From: Chloroflexota bacterium
Lineage (GTDB): Bacteria; Chloroflexota; Limnocylindria; Limnocylindrales; CSP1-4
NCBI GenBank assembly: GCA_003171255.1
Contig: PMYK01000011.1
Coordinates: 3,508 to 63,390 of the forward strand
Direction: 5' to 3'
DNA length: 59,883 nt
Shown: piece after piece, positions 32,513 to 40,969 of the stretch
Layout: every line of letters starts with the position of its first letter
How positions within the stretch are numbered: the stretch's first letter is position 1
Program-made: the position numbers and the translations under genes
The notes under the pieces: generated by a model
Database searches by the model: none
Told to the model about the DNA's origin: nothing
What the model saw: the letters and a program-made list of their open reading frames with translations, nothing else

Positions 32513-33283
32513 GTGGAACGCCCCGACTTCGATCTCACCGGGCAGGTGGCGCTCGTAACGGGTGCCGGCCGTGGCATCGGCCGCGACCTGGCCAGGGCCC
32601 TCGCCGCATGCGGAGCCACCGTTCTGGCGGGCGTCCGCTCCCCCGTCGATTCGCCCGAGTCCGCCGCCGTGGCATGGTCCGCACCGGCTGCCGGCAGCGT
32701 CCGGCCCGTGACCCTGGACGTCACGGACGTGGTGGCGACTCGCCAGGCCGTCGACCGCATCGCCGCCGACCACGGCCGGATCGACATCCTGGTCAACAAC
32801 GCCGGCCTGGGCGCCAACCACGACGCCGTCGATGTCACCGAGGCCGATTGGGACACGATGATGTCGGTCAATCTCAAGGGGCTGTTCTTCACCAGCCAGG
32901 CCGTCGGCCGGCACATGATCGAGCGCGGCTACGGCCGCATAGTCAACATGAGCTCGCAGGCCGGCCTCGTGGGTATCCGGCGCCACGCCGTCTACTCGGC
33001 CAGCAAGGGCGGCGTGAACCTCGTGACGAAGGTCCTCGCCCTCGAATGGGCGCCTTTCGGCGTCACGGTCAACGCCATTGCTCCGACGTGGATCTACACG
33101 CCCGGAACTGCTGAGCGGCTCGACGATCCGGCCTTCCTGGCGACCGTGCTGGAGCGCATACCCGTCGGGCGCGTTGGCTCGACCGCCGATGTCGCCGCCG
33201 CCGTTGTCTTCCTCGCGTCGCGGGCCGCTGGTCTGGTCACCGGATCCGTTCTGCCCGTCGACGGCGGGTGGACTGCCCAGTAG
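32513..33283 (+). CDS. Short-chain dehydrogenase/reductase
   Basis: Motifs TGAGRGIG, NNAG, YSASKGG and VDGG. Start approximate. Confidence 0.92.
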   Translation: MERPDFDLTGQVALVTGAGRGIGRDLARALAACGATVLAGVRSPVDSPESAAVAWSAPAAGSVRPVTLDVTDVVATRQAVDRIAADHGRIDILVNNAGLGANHDAVDVTEADWDTMMSVNLKGLFFTSQAVGRHMIERGYGRIVNMSSQAGLVGIRRHAVYSASKGGVNLVTKVLALEWAPFGVTVNAIAPTWIYTPGTAERLDDPAFLATVLERIPVGRVGSTADVAAAVVFLASRAAGLVTGSVLPVDGGWTAQ

Positions 33284-33338
33284 GCATGGGCGCGCAGGCA
33301 CGGCTCCGCGCGGCCGTTTTGCTGCTAGCCTGCGGGCT

Positions 33339-34304
33339 GTGAGTCGGCTTGACCAGAATCTGCTAACCCTCGAGCCCCAGTACCACGAGCGCATATGGGG
33401 CGGCCAGCGTTTGCGCGTTGGAAATCCACCGATTGGCGAAGCGTGGATTGCCTATGGCCCCAGCCGTGTCGCCGGAGGGCCGCTGGCGGGGCGAACGCTG
33501 GACGATCTGGCAGCCACCAACGGTCCGGGGTTGCTTGGAGACTCGGTGGCGGATCGGTTCGGGGCCCGCTTCCCGGTGCTGATCAAGCTCCTCGATTGTG
33601 CCGACTGGCTGTCCGTGCAGGTCCATCCGAACGACGAGCAGGCGCGGCGTATGGTCGGGCCGGGCGAGAACGGCAAGACCGAGGCGTGGTACTTCATCGA
33701 CACAGAGGCGGGCGCGCAGATCATGGCCGGCGTCAAGGAGGGCGTAGGACGGGCCGAGCTGACGACCGCGATCCGTCAGGGCGGCATCACCCGGGTGGCA
33801 GAGCACGTTGCCGTTCACGACGGCGATGCGATCCTCATTCCCGCCGGTACGCTCCACGCCCTCGGGCCGGGGCTCCTGCTCTATGAGATCCAGCAGGCAA
33901 GCGACACGACCTACCGCGTATACGACTGGGATCGGCCGCAATCGGCTGGGCGAAAGCTCCACATCGAGGAATCGGTCGAGGTCACCTTGCCGGTCGGACC
34001 GACCGAACTGCGACACCCACAGGTCTTCACCGAGACCGCCACCGCATCGGCGATCGAATGTGCCTACTTCAAGATCGATCTGGTCGACGTATCGCCCGCC
34101 GGTGGACCGCTCGCGGCCGACACCGAGGGCCGCAGATTCCACATTGTCACCGTAATCGATGGCGCGGCCGAGGTCCGCTGCGCCGCCGAGCGAATCCGCC
34201 TGAACCGATTCGAGACGGCCCTCGTTGCGGGCTCGGCCGGAGCGTACGAGATCGGGGCGATCGACGGACCGGCCCGTCTGCTGCGCGCGGCTGTGCCAAA
34301 CTAG
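33339..34304 (+). CDS. manA: Type I mannose-6-phosphate isomerase
   Basis: Motifs RIWGG, IGEAW, FPVLIKLLD, LSVQVHPND, GKTEAW, GTLHALG and EIQQASDTTYRVYDW. Confidence 0.9.
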   Translation: MSRLDQNLLTLEPQYHERIWGGQRLRVGNPPIGEAWIAYGPSRVAGGPLAGRTLDDLAATNGPGLLGDSVADRFGARFPVLIKLLDCADWLSVQVHPNDEQARRMVGPGENGKTEAWYFIDTEAGAQIMAGVKEGVGRAELTTAIRQGGITRVAEHVAVHDGDAILIPAGTLHALGPGLLLYEIQQASDTTYRVYDWDRPQSAGRKLHIEESVEVTLPVGPTELRHPQVFTETATASAIECAYFKIDLVDVSPAGGPLAADTEGRRFHIVTVIDGAAEVRCAAERIRLNRFETALVAGSAGAYEIGAIDGPARLLRAAVPN

Positions 34305-34338
34305 GCCCGAGAGGCTGGAGAGGCGAGGAGGAGAAGCG

Positions 34339-35238
34339 ATGCTAGTCGGCGTGATGATTCCCCAGGGCTGGAAGTATGAGTACAACGGCTGGGACGCGGC
34401 CGACGCCTGGGATCGAACCCTGGAGCTGGCGCGCGACGCCGAAACCCTAGGCTTCGAGTCGGAGTGGGTCTTCGACCATTTCCACACCGTGCCCGAGCCG
34501 CTCGACGAGATCACCTTCGAGTCATTCACCACGCTGACTGCGATGGCCGGCGTCACCCAGCGGGTCCGACTCGGCCACATGGTCATCTGCAACGGATTCC
34601 GGAACCCCGCCCTTGTCGCCAAGCTGGCGTCAACGCTGGACGTCGCGAGCGGCGGCCGGTTCGAGCTCGGCATCGGCGCGGGCTGGAAGGAAGACGAGTG
34701 GCTGGGCTACGGCTACGGCTTCCCCTCCACGGGCGACCGGCTGAAGGCCCTCGGCGACGGCCTCGAGATCATCACCCGGATGCTCGCCCCGGGCCACGCC
34801 ACGTACCGCGGCCGCTTCAACCGCGTCGTGGATGCGGTCAACGTCCCCAAGGGGATCCAGCAGCCGCGAATACCGATCATCGTCGGTGGCAACGGCCCAC
34901 ACGTGACGTGGCGGCTCGCCGCTCGCTATGCCGACGAGTTGAACCTGGTCTACACGGGCACCGAGGAGGTGGCCGCGAGCCTTCCGATCATCAAGTCGCG
35001 GTGCGAGGAGATCGGCCGCGACCCGGCCACGCTCAAGGTCTCCTTCTACTGCCGCGACGAGGATATCCGCGAGCCCGGCCAGGCCCGCGTCGACTTCATA
35101 GCCCGCTGCGCCGAGATCGGCCTGAGCCGGCTCGTCGCCTTCCCGACCCGCTGGGAACCGACGATCGAGACGCAGGCCCGCTTCGCCGAGGACTGCCTGA
35201 AGGCCGGCATCGAGCTAGCGAAGACATCGGCCAGCTGA
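34339..35238 (+). CDS. LLM-class (probably F420-dependent) oxidoreductase
   Basis: Motifs WVFDHFH, RNPALVAK...LDVASGGRFELGIGAGW and PIIVGGNG. RBS GAGGAGGAG. Confidence 0.9.
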   Translation: MLVGVMIPQGWKYEYNGWDAADAWDRTLELARDAETLGFESEWVFDHFHTVPEPLDEITFESFTTLTAMAGVTQRVRLGHMVICNGFRNPALVAKLASTLDVASGGRFELGIGAGWKEDEWLGYGYGFPSTGDRLKALGDGLEIITRMLAPGHATYRGRFNRVVDAVNVPKGIQQPRIPIIVGGNGPHVTWRLAARYADELNLVYTGTEEVAASLPIIKSRCEEIGRDPATLKVSFYCRDEDIREPGQARVDFIARCAEIGLSRLVAFPTRWEPTIETQARFAEDCLKAGIELAKTSAS

Positions 35239-35261
35239 CCGTGCGGCGCCGAGGAACGAAG

Positions 35262-35783
35262 GTGGTGATCCGCCAAGCTCGGTCCGAAGACATCTCATCT
35301 CTTCGAGACATCGAGTCGGCCGCAGGACGGCTCTTCGCGCAGATCGGGATGCAAGAGGTAGCCGACGACGAGCCGCTCTCGGAGGATTCCCTTCGCGGTT
35401 TCCAGAGCGAAGGACGAGCCTGGGTCGCGGTCGATGATTCCGATCGACCGGTTGGCTATTTAGTGGCCGACGTCCTGGATGGGAACGCCCACATCGAACA
35501 GGTGTCGGTGCGACCCGAGAACATGCGCAAAGGTCTGGGTCGGGCGCTGATTGAGCACCTGGCGACTTGGGCCACCGAACGGGGTATGCCGGCTCTCACT
35601 CTGACCACGTTCGCCGACGTTCCCTGGAACGGCCCATATTACGAACGACTTGGCTTCGAGAGACTGTCAGAAGAAGAGATTGCGCCGGGACTCCAGGGCA
35701 GACGAGATTGGGAGCGAGCGAGCGGTCTCGACGGGTGGCCGCGAGTTTGTATGCGTCGCTCCCTCCGATCTAGGTCAGCTTGA
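35262..35783 (+). CDS. GNAT-family N-acetyltransferase
   Basis: Motifs HIEQVSVRP...KGLGRALI and LTLTTFADVPWNGPYYERLGF. GAGGA RBS before GTG. Confidence 0.9.
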   Translation: MVIRQARSEDISSLRDIESAAGRLFAQIGMQEVADDEPLSEDSLRGFQSEGRAWVAVDDSDRPVGYLVADVLDGNAHIEQVSVRPENMRKGLGRALIEHLATWATERGMPALTLTTFADVPWNGPYYERLGFERLSEEEIAPGLQGRRDWERASGLDGWPRVCMRRSLRSRSA

Positions 35784-36777
35784 TCGATTCCTGCCCGACT
35801 CCCAGCCGCTCGACAGTCACCGCGATCTCGTTCAGATCGGCCGCCGAGAGTTCGAGCGAGCCGGCCGGCAGCCAGCCGTCGACCTGCGACGCCGTTCGAG
35901 CCCCGACGATCGCGCCACTGACCCCGGGCTGAGCTAGAACCCATGCCACGGCGACCGCGGAGACGGTCGTTCCGTGGCGACCGGCGATCGGCCGCAACGA
36001 ATCTCGCAACGCCAGGTTCCGCGTCAGGGCCGGCTCGGTGTGGCTGTCGGAGCGGCGCCGCCAATCCTCGCCGGACATGGCCTCCACATGCTCACGGGAG
36101 AACGATTCGGTGAGGATGCCGGACGCCATCGGGCTGTAGACGATGACGCCCGTGCCGTGCGCGGCGGCCCAGGGAATGACGTCGGCGCCGGACTCACGGT
36201 GGATCAGCGAGAACCCCGGCTGCAGCGAGTCCACGTGGCGAACCCGCTCGCATCGCTCCAGCAGCTCAACGTCGAAGTTGCTGACGCCGATTGCGCGGAC
36301 CTTGCCCTCGTCGACGAGGCGGCTCATCTCGCCCCAGGAATCCTCGATGGCTGTGCCCAGCTCATCGGGCCAGTGGATCTGGTAGAGGTCGATCCGCTCG
36401 ACTCCCAACCGGCGCAGCGAGCGCTCGGCCTCGACGCGGATGAAGGCCGGCTTCGCGTTGCGAACGGGCGCCTTGTAGTGGTCGGCGGGATCGAACTCCA
36501 TGCCGCATTTCGTGAAGACCATCGGCCGGTCCGCCGCGGCGATGCCGGCCAGGGCTCGAGCGACCACTTCCTCGGAGTGTCCCAGGCCGTAGATCGCGGC
36601 GGTGTCGATCCAGCTGACGCCCCCGGCCACGGCGCGACGGATCGCGCCGATCGACGACTCATCGTCCTGCGGACCCCAGCCGAACAGCCATCCGCCGCCG
36701 CCGACCGCCCACGAACCAAAGCCGACGGTCGTTATCTCGAGCCCGCTGGAGCCGAGCGGTCGCGTCTTGAGCGTCAC
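35770..36777 (-). CDS. Aldo/keto reductase
   Basis: Motifs IDTAAIYG, TKCG, IDLYQIHWP, GVSNF and YSPMASG. Confidence 0.93.
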   Translation of the reverse strand: MTLKTRPLGSSGLEITTVGFGSWAVGGGGWLFGWGPQDDESSIGAIRRAVAGGVSWIDTAAIYGLGHSEEVVARALAGIAAADRPMVFTKCGMEFDPADHYKAPVRNAKPAFIRVEAERSLRRLGVERIDLYQIHWPDELGTAIEDSWGEMSRLVDEGKVRAIGVSNFDVELLERCERVRHVDSLQPGFSLIHRESGADVIPWAAAHGTGVIVYSPMASGILTESFSREHVEAMSGEDWRRRSDSHTEPALTRNLALRDSLRPIAGRHGTTVSAVAVAWVLAQPGVSGAIVGARTASQVDGWLPAGSLELSAADLNEIAVTVERLGVGQESIKLT

Positions 36778-36883
36778 GTTTCATTCCTCCGGTAGAGCGC
36801 CGACTGAGGCCGGCGATCGTATTCTGGCAGTCCGGGCAACCTCCGGCCGGCGCGCAATGGCGCGACACCGTACCCTTCCGTCG

Positions 36884-37387
36884 ATGGCACGGACGAGCGC
36901 TGGCATTCTGCTCTATCGCCTTCGAGAAGGAAGCGTCGATGTCCTCCTCGTCCACCCCGGCGGCCCGTTCTTCGGCCGCAAGGACCTGGGCAACTGGTCC
37001 ATACCGAAGGGCGAAGTCGACGGGGACGACGCCGACTACGAGGCGACGGCCCGTCGCGAGTTCCATGAGGAAGTAGGTCATCCGGTCCCGCCCGGTCCGC
37101 TGATCGAGCTCGGGTCGATCCGCCAGAAGAGCGGCAAGACGGTCTACGCCTGGGCAATCGAGGGTGACATCGATCCCGTCACGATGAGCAGCAACCTCAT
37201 CGAGTTCGAGTGGCCGCCCTTCTCGGGAAGCAAGAAGAGCTTCGGCGAAGTGGACAAGTGGGTCTACTACGGGCCGGCAGACGCCCGCGAGCACATCAAG
37301 GAGACCCAGATCCCGCTCCTCGACCGCCTGGACGCGGCGCTCGCGGCAGCAGCGGCGGCCGATCCGACCGATCGCTCGCCCCGATGA
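36884..37387 (+). CDS. NUDIX hydrolase (COG4119-like)
   Basis: Motifs SAGILLYR, LVHPGGPF and the Nudix box WSIPKGE...ARREFHEEVG. Confidence 0.9.
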   Translation: MARTSAGILLYRLREGSVDVLLVHPGGPFFGRKDLGNWSIPKGEVDGDDADYEATARREFHEEVGHPVPPGPLIELGSIRQKSGKTVYAWAIEGDIDPVTMSSNLIEFEWPPFSGSKKSFGEVDKWVYYGPADAREHIKETQIPLLDRLDAALAAAAAADPTDRSPR

Positions 37388-38196
37388 CGTCTACGTCCGC
37401 CGACGGCGAGGTGGTCGGCGTCCACGGCGTCTCGGTCATGCGATCGGGCAACCTGCTTCTCGACGGCATCGACTGGCGGGTCGGCGCCGGCGAGCGCTGG
37501 GTCCTGCTCGGACCAAACGGCAGCGGCAAGACCACTCTCGTCTCGGTGGCGGCCACGTATCTCTGGCCGTCGCGCGGCAGCGTGTCCGTGCTGGGCCGAG
37601 CCCTCGGAACCGTTGATGTGCGAGAACTCCGCAGGCACATCGGGATCGTGAGCGCGTCGCTGGAGGCGCGGGTCCCGCCCGGGCTGACTGCGCTGGACGT
37701 GGTCGTGGCCGGCGCCACGGGCGCCACCGCCCCGTGGTGGGATCGCCCTGATCGGGCCACGAAGGATCGCGCCGCTGAGATGCTCGATCTTGTCGGCTGC
37801 GCCGCCCTGCGCGATCGCCGCTTCGAGCTGCTCTCGTCGGGGGAGCGGCAGCGCGTCCAGATTGCGCGAGCCCTGATACTCGGCCCGGCATTGCTCCTCC
37901 TCGATGAGCCCGCCGCGGGCCTCGACCTCGGCGGCCGCGAGCAGCTCGCGGTGCTCCTCGCCCGACTCAACGCCCAGCCCGACCTCGCGGCAACGGTCGT
38001 GGTCACGCATCACGTGGAGGAGATCGCGCCCGGCACGACCCACGCCTTGATCCTTCGATCGGGCAGAGTTGTGGCGGCGGGACCAGTGGCGGAGACCGTG
38101 ACGAGCGCCGTCCTCACCCTGGCCTTCGGCCTGCCGTTGCACGTGACACGCGTCGGGGATCGCTTCGCCGCGCAGGCCACGGGGTCCGCGCGCTAG
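37384..38196 (+). CDS. ABC-type ATP-binding protein (ModF-like, standalone)
   Basis: Walker A GPNGSGKT, signature LSSGERQR, Walker B LLLDEP and H-loop VTHH. Start overlaps the NUDIX stop. Confidence 0.9.
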   Translation: MTSTSADGEVVGVHGVSVMRSGNLLLDGIDWRVGAGERWVLLGPNGSGKTTLVSVAATYLWPSRGSVSVLGRALGTVDVRELRRHIGIVSASLEARVPPGLTALDVVVAGATGATAPWWDRPDRATKDRAAEMLDLVGCAALRDRRFELLSSGERQRVQIARALILGPALLLLDEPAAGLDLGGREQLAVLLARLNAQPDLAATVVVTHHVEEIAPGTTHALILRSGRVVAAGPVAETVTSAVLTLAFGLPLHVTRVGDRFAAQATGSAR

Positions 38197-38528
38197 CGCC
38201 GCCGAGCCCGTCGAGGCTCCGAATGCCGGATCCGGTGCCCGGAGGTAAGACGTTCTCGCCCGGTACCTTGCGGCAGTCCGACTGCCACGGGTTCGGGCTG
38301 GTCGGAGTGGTCGGCGCCCCTGCGGACACGCGTGAGTTACCTCAGTCCCGGCCTCGGTTCTCGGACATCTGAACCGAGCCGACTGGCCGACTGTCCACGA
38401 CCCGACTCACCTTGACCCGTGTGATTTGCGCCGACAGCCGCCCGGCCATGAGACCTGGGCGGGCAGGTGAACCTTCTGCTGTGAGGCCGACACTTGCCGG
38501 CCACGTCGATCGGTGCGCGACTAATTGG

Positions 38529-38651
38529 CTAGTGCGGGAAGAACGTTCCCGTTCCGTCCGCCAGCGCGGTCGCCAGCGACATCAAAACCAGGGCCACCCC
38601 AAGGATCCAGGAAACGACTACTGCACGGAAGCTGATGTGGCGAGAGAACAT
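38529..38651 (-). CDS. 40-aa secreted propeptide, putative signalling-peptide precursor
   Basis: MFSRHISFRAVVVSWILGVALVLMSLATALA|DGTGTFFPH has a basic n-region, a hydrophobic h-region and an A-L-A cleavage site. AAGGAG RBS lies 7 nt before ATG, with a dedicated promoter upstream. Confidence 0.75.
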   Translation of the reverse strand: MFSRHISFRAVVVSWILGVALVLMSLATALADGTGTFFPH

Positions 38652-38712
38652 CGGACGACTCCTTATCAGTCGCCCTCCCGGGGCCCAGGCCAGCGCGACT
38701 TTCGGCACCTCG

Positions 38713-38741
38713 ATCGTAAGATTCGTAGCGCGAGCGGTCAA
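38713..38741 (-). promoter_or_regulatory. Sigma70-type promoter of the propeptide gene
   Basis: Minus strand TTGACC-N17-TACGAT with an AT-rich upstream tract (GTTTACAAATAC). Confidence 0.7.
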
Positions 38742-38813
38742 GTATTTGTAAACCTGGCTGCATGGGCGCACCACTCTGCGTCAACCAGCCCGGACCGGTA
38801 GTACACTGCGGCT

Positions 38814-40109
38814 ATGGCTCGAGTCAGTCGTACACGTCCACGAGTTGACGATTCGCCGCTTGCTCGCCAGATCGGTGAGCGGCTACGCGCAGCCCGCCTT
38901 GCGTCGGGCTTGACCCAACAGCAACTGGCCGAGGGTCGCTATACCAAGGCCTACGTAAGCGCCCTCGAGAACGGCCTGAGCAGGCCGTCGATGGTCGCTC
39001 TGAACCATTTCTCCGGCAGGCTTGGCATTCCGGCCAGCAAGCTCATCAACGACGAGCCTGTCGGGTGGGCCCGGCTCGAGGCTGATCTGGCCCTGGCCTC
39101 CGGCCGCTGGGCAGATGCCGACGACGCATACGGCGAGCTGCTGGAGTCGAACGTTTCTCCGGTCGCTCGGGCTGAGCTGCTCAGCGGCAGGGCCGAGGCG
39201 ATGGTGAGGCGTGGCCATGCCCGCGAGGCGGCGGCGGCCGCGGCTGAGGCCGCTCATTCCTTCCACGCCGCGGGTCGAGAGATCGACGCCGCCCTGGCCG
39301 AGTACTGGCTGGCCGCGGCGCAGTACCACCTGGAGAACACGGTCGAATCCAAGGCGCTGCTTCGGGCACTGCTCGGCAAGGTGAGAGCGGGCTTGAAGGT
39401 GGAGCCGGCCTTCCAGCTTCGCCTCGTAATGGCCCTATCCAGCAATGAGTCTCGGGACGGCAACCACGCCGCCGCGCTGGCCTACCTCGAGGAAGTGCGA
39501 GGTCTGGCCGTAGGCCTCGACGATCGCCGACGAGCTTCGTACCTCTACGACCTGGCCTACAGCTACCGTGAGACCGGCGACTTCGAGGCCGCCGTACGCA
39601 GCGGCATCGCCAGCCTAGAGCTGTTCCGCCGAGCCGACGCCGAACGGGAGACTGCGGGTCTGGAGAACGACCTCGCCCTCTCCTTCCTCGCCCTCGGCAA
39701 CACATCGCGGGCAGATGAGATGGCCGCCAGCGCAGTTGCCACCCTCGAGAAGCTCGGCGACGACTGGTTGCTCGGCCACGTTCTGGACACCCAGGCTCGG
39801 ATCGCTGTTTCCCGGGGCGCCGTCGCCGAGGCAGCCGCGATAGCGGCCCGCGCCCTCGCCGTGGCCGAGCGCGTCCACAACAACAAAGCCATCGTCGACG
39901 CCTTGCTCACCAAGGCTCGCGCGCTGTCGGCTCAAGGCGAGACCGCCGACTCGCTGGCTGCTTACGAGCGCGCCGGCGAGCTGGCCAGACAGGTCGGAGC
40001 CGCCGGCCTGACTCGCAAGGCACTCCGCGAATGGGCCGACGCGCTTGCCTCGGCCGGCCTGCACCAGCAGGCATTCGAACTCGCACGCGAGGCGCTCGCA
40101 GTTTCGTAG
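38814..40109 (+). CDS. XRE-HTH + TPR-repeat regulator (RRNPP-like receptor)
   Basis: HTH IGERLRAARLASGLTQQQLAEGRYTKAYVSALENG, followed by about 350 aa of helical TPR-like repeats (LYDLAYSYRETGDFEAA, ENDLALSFLALGN, LLTKARALSAQGETADSLAAYERA). TACACT 6 nt before ATG suggests a leaderless mRNA. Confidence 0.88.
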   Translation: MARVSRTRPRVDDSPLARQIGERLRAARLASGLTQQQLAEGRYTKAYVSALENGLSRPSMVALNHFSGRLGIPASKLINDEPVGWARLEADLALASGRWADADDAYGELLESNVSPVARAELLSGRAEAMVRRGHAREAAAAAAEAAHSFHAAGREIDAALAEYWLAAAQYHLENTVESKALLRALLGKVRAGLKVEPAFQLRLVMALSSNESRDGNHAAALAYLEEVRGLAVGLDDRRRASYLYDLAYSYRETGDFEAAVRSGIASLELFRRADAERETAGLENDLALSFLALGNTSRADEMAASAVATLEKLGDDWLLGHVLDTQARIAVSRGAVAEAAAIAARALAVAERVHNNKAIVDALLTKARALSAQGETADSLAAYERAGELARQVGAAGLTRKALREWADALASAGLHQQAFELAREALAVS

Positions 40110-40391
40110 TTCCGGGGTCGGACCTCTTGACCCGCAGCCCAGAGCCGAGTTCGACGGCCCGATGGTCGCGGTCCCTGTACCGGGCATTTCGCCGGCAGCG
40201 CCTGGTTGCGTCGGGTTTTCCGGCGGACGGTCCCTCGTCTTTGGACCGTGTCCTCGTTGCCGGTCCGCAACGGCGTTTGTCGCCAGCGCGCCTGGCCGAG
40301 CCTGCGCGGGGCCCTATGACGGATTCTCCACCTTGCGTCCGGGCCGACGTTGGTACACTGTGTATTGACTTTGAGAAAGGCCCGCTCCGAA

Positions 40392-40685
40392 ATGACTCCT
40401 GTCTCTCCACCGCGACATCGGTGCGTCAAGCGTCTGCTTAGCCCAGTGCCCTGGTATCACGATGGCTGCCACGGCCTATCCGTGCGCGCCGGCGAGAACG
40501 TTCCAGCCTTCGACGACCTGATGATCAGGGGTGCCCTGGCACGTGGCGCGTTCGCCTGCCAGCGAATCCAGGGTCTGGACCGCGCCCTCAATCGGGAACT
40601 CTGGTCACTGGGCTACGTAGCCCGGCTCGAGACCGATCAGCCAGATCGCCCGACCGTTCTCGTGGAAAGCGCAATCGGCCGCTGA
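40392..40685 (+). CDS. Small hypothetical protein
   Basis: Preceded by an extended -10-like TGGTACACT (40351-40359) and GAAAGG. No recognisable family; start uncertain. Confidence 0.4.
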   Translation: MTPVSPPRHRCVKRLLSPVPWYHDGCHGLSVRAGENVPAFDDLMIRGALARGAFACQRIQGLDRALNRELWSLGYVARLETDQPDRPTVLVESAIGR

Positions 40686-40969
40686 CTCCATCGTCGGGCC
40701 TGGGCATCCTTGGGGGGAATGCCCCGGCCCGACGTCCCCCACCCTGATTACGCCACACCTTTGTGGCCGGCCAACCGACGACCCACGGTCCGTCGCGCCT
40801 CAGCCGTCGCGCCTCAGCCGTAGAGCGCGGCAAGGGCGCGGGACGCCGCGGCGACCCGGCCGCGGAGATCCGCCGACGCGACGACGAGGGTGTCGGCCCC
40901 GAGATGAACGGCATTGCAGAGGCGTCGCCCGAGGTGTGGTGCGAGGTTGCTCTGGCGCGGGAGCGCTGA

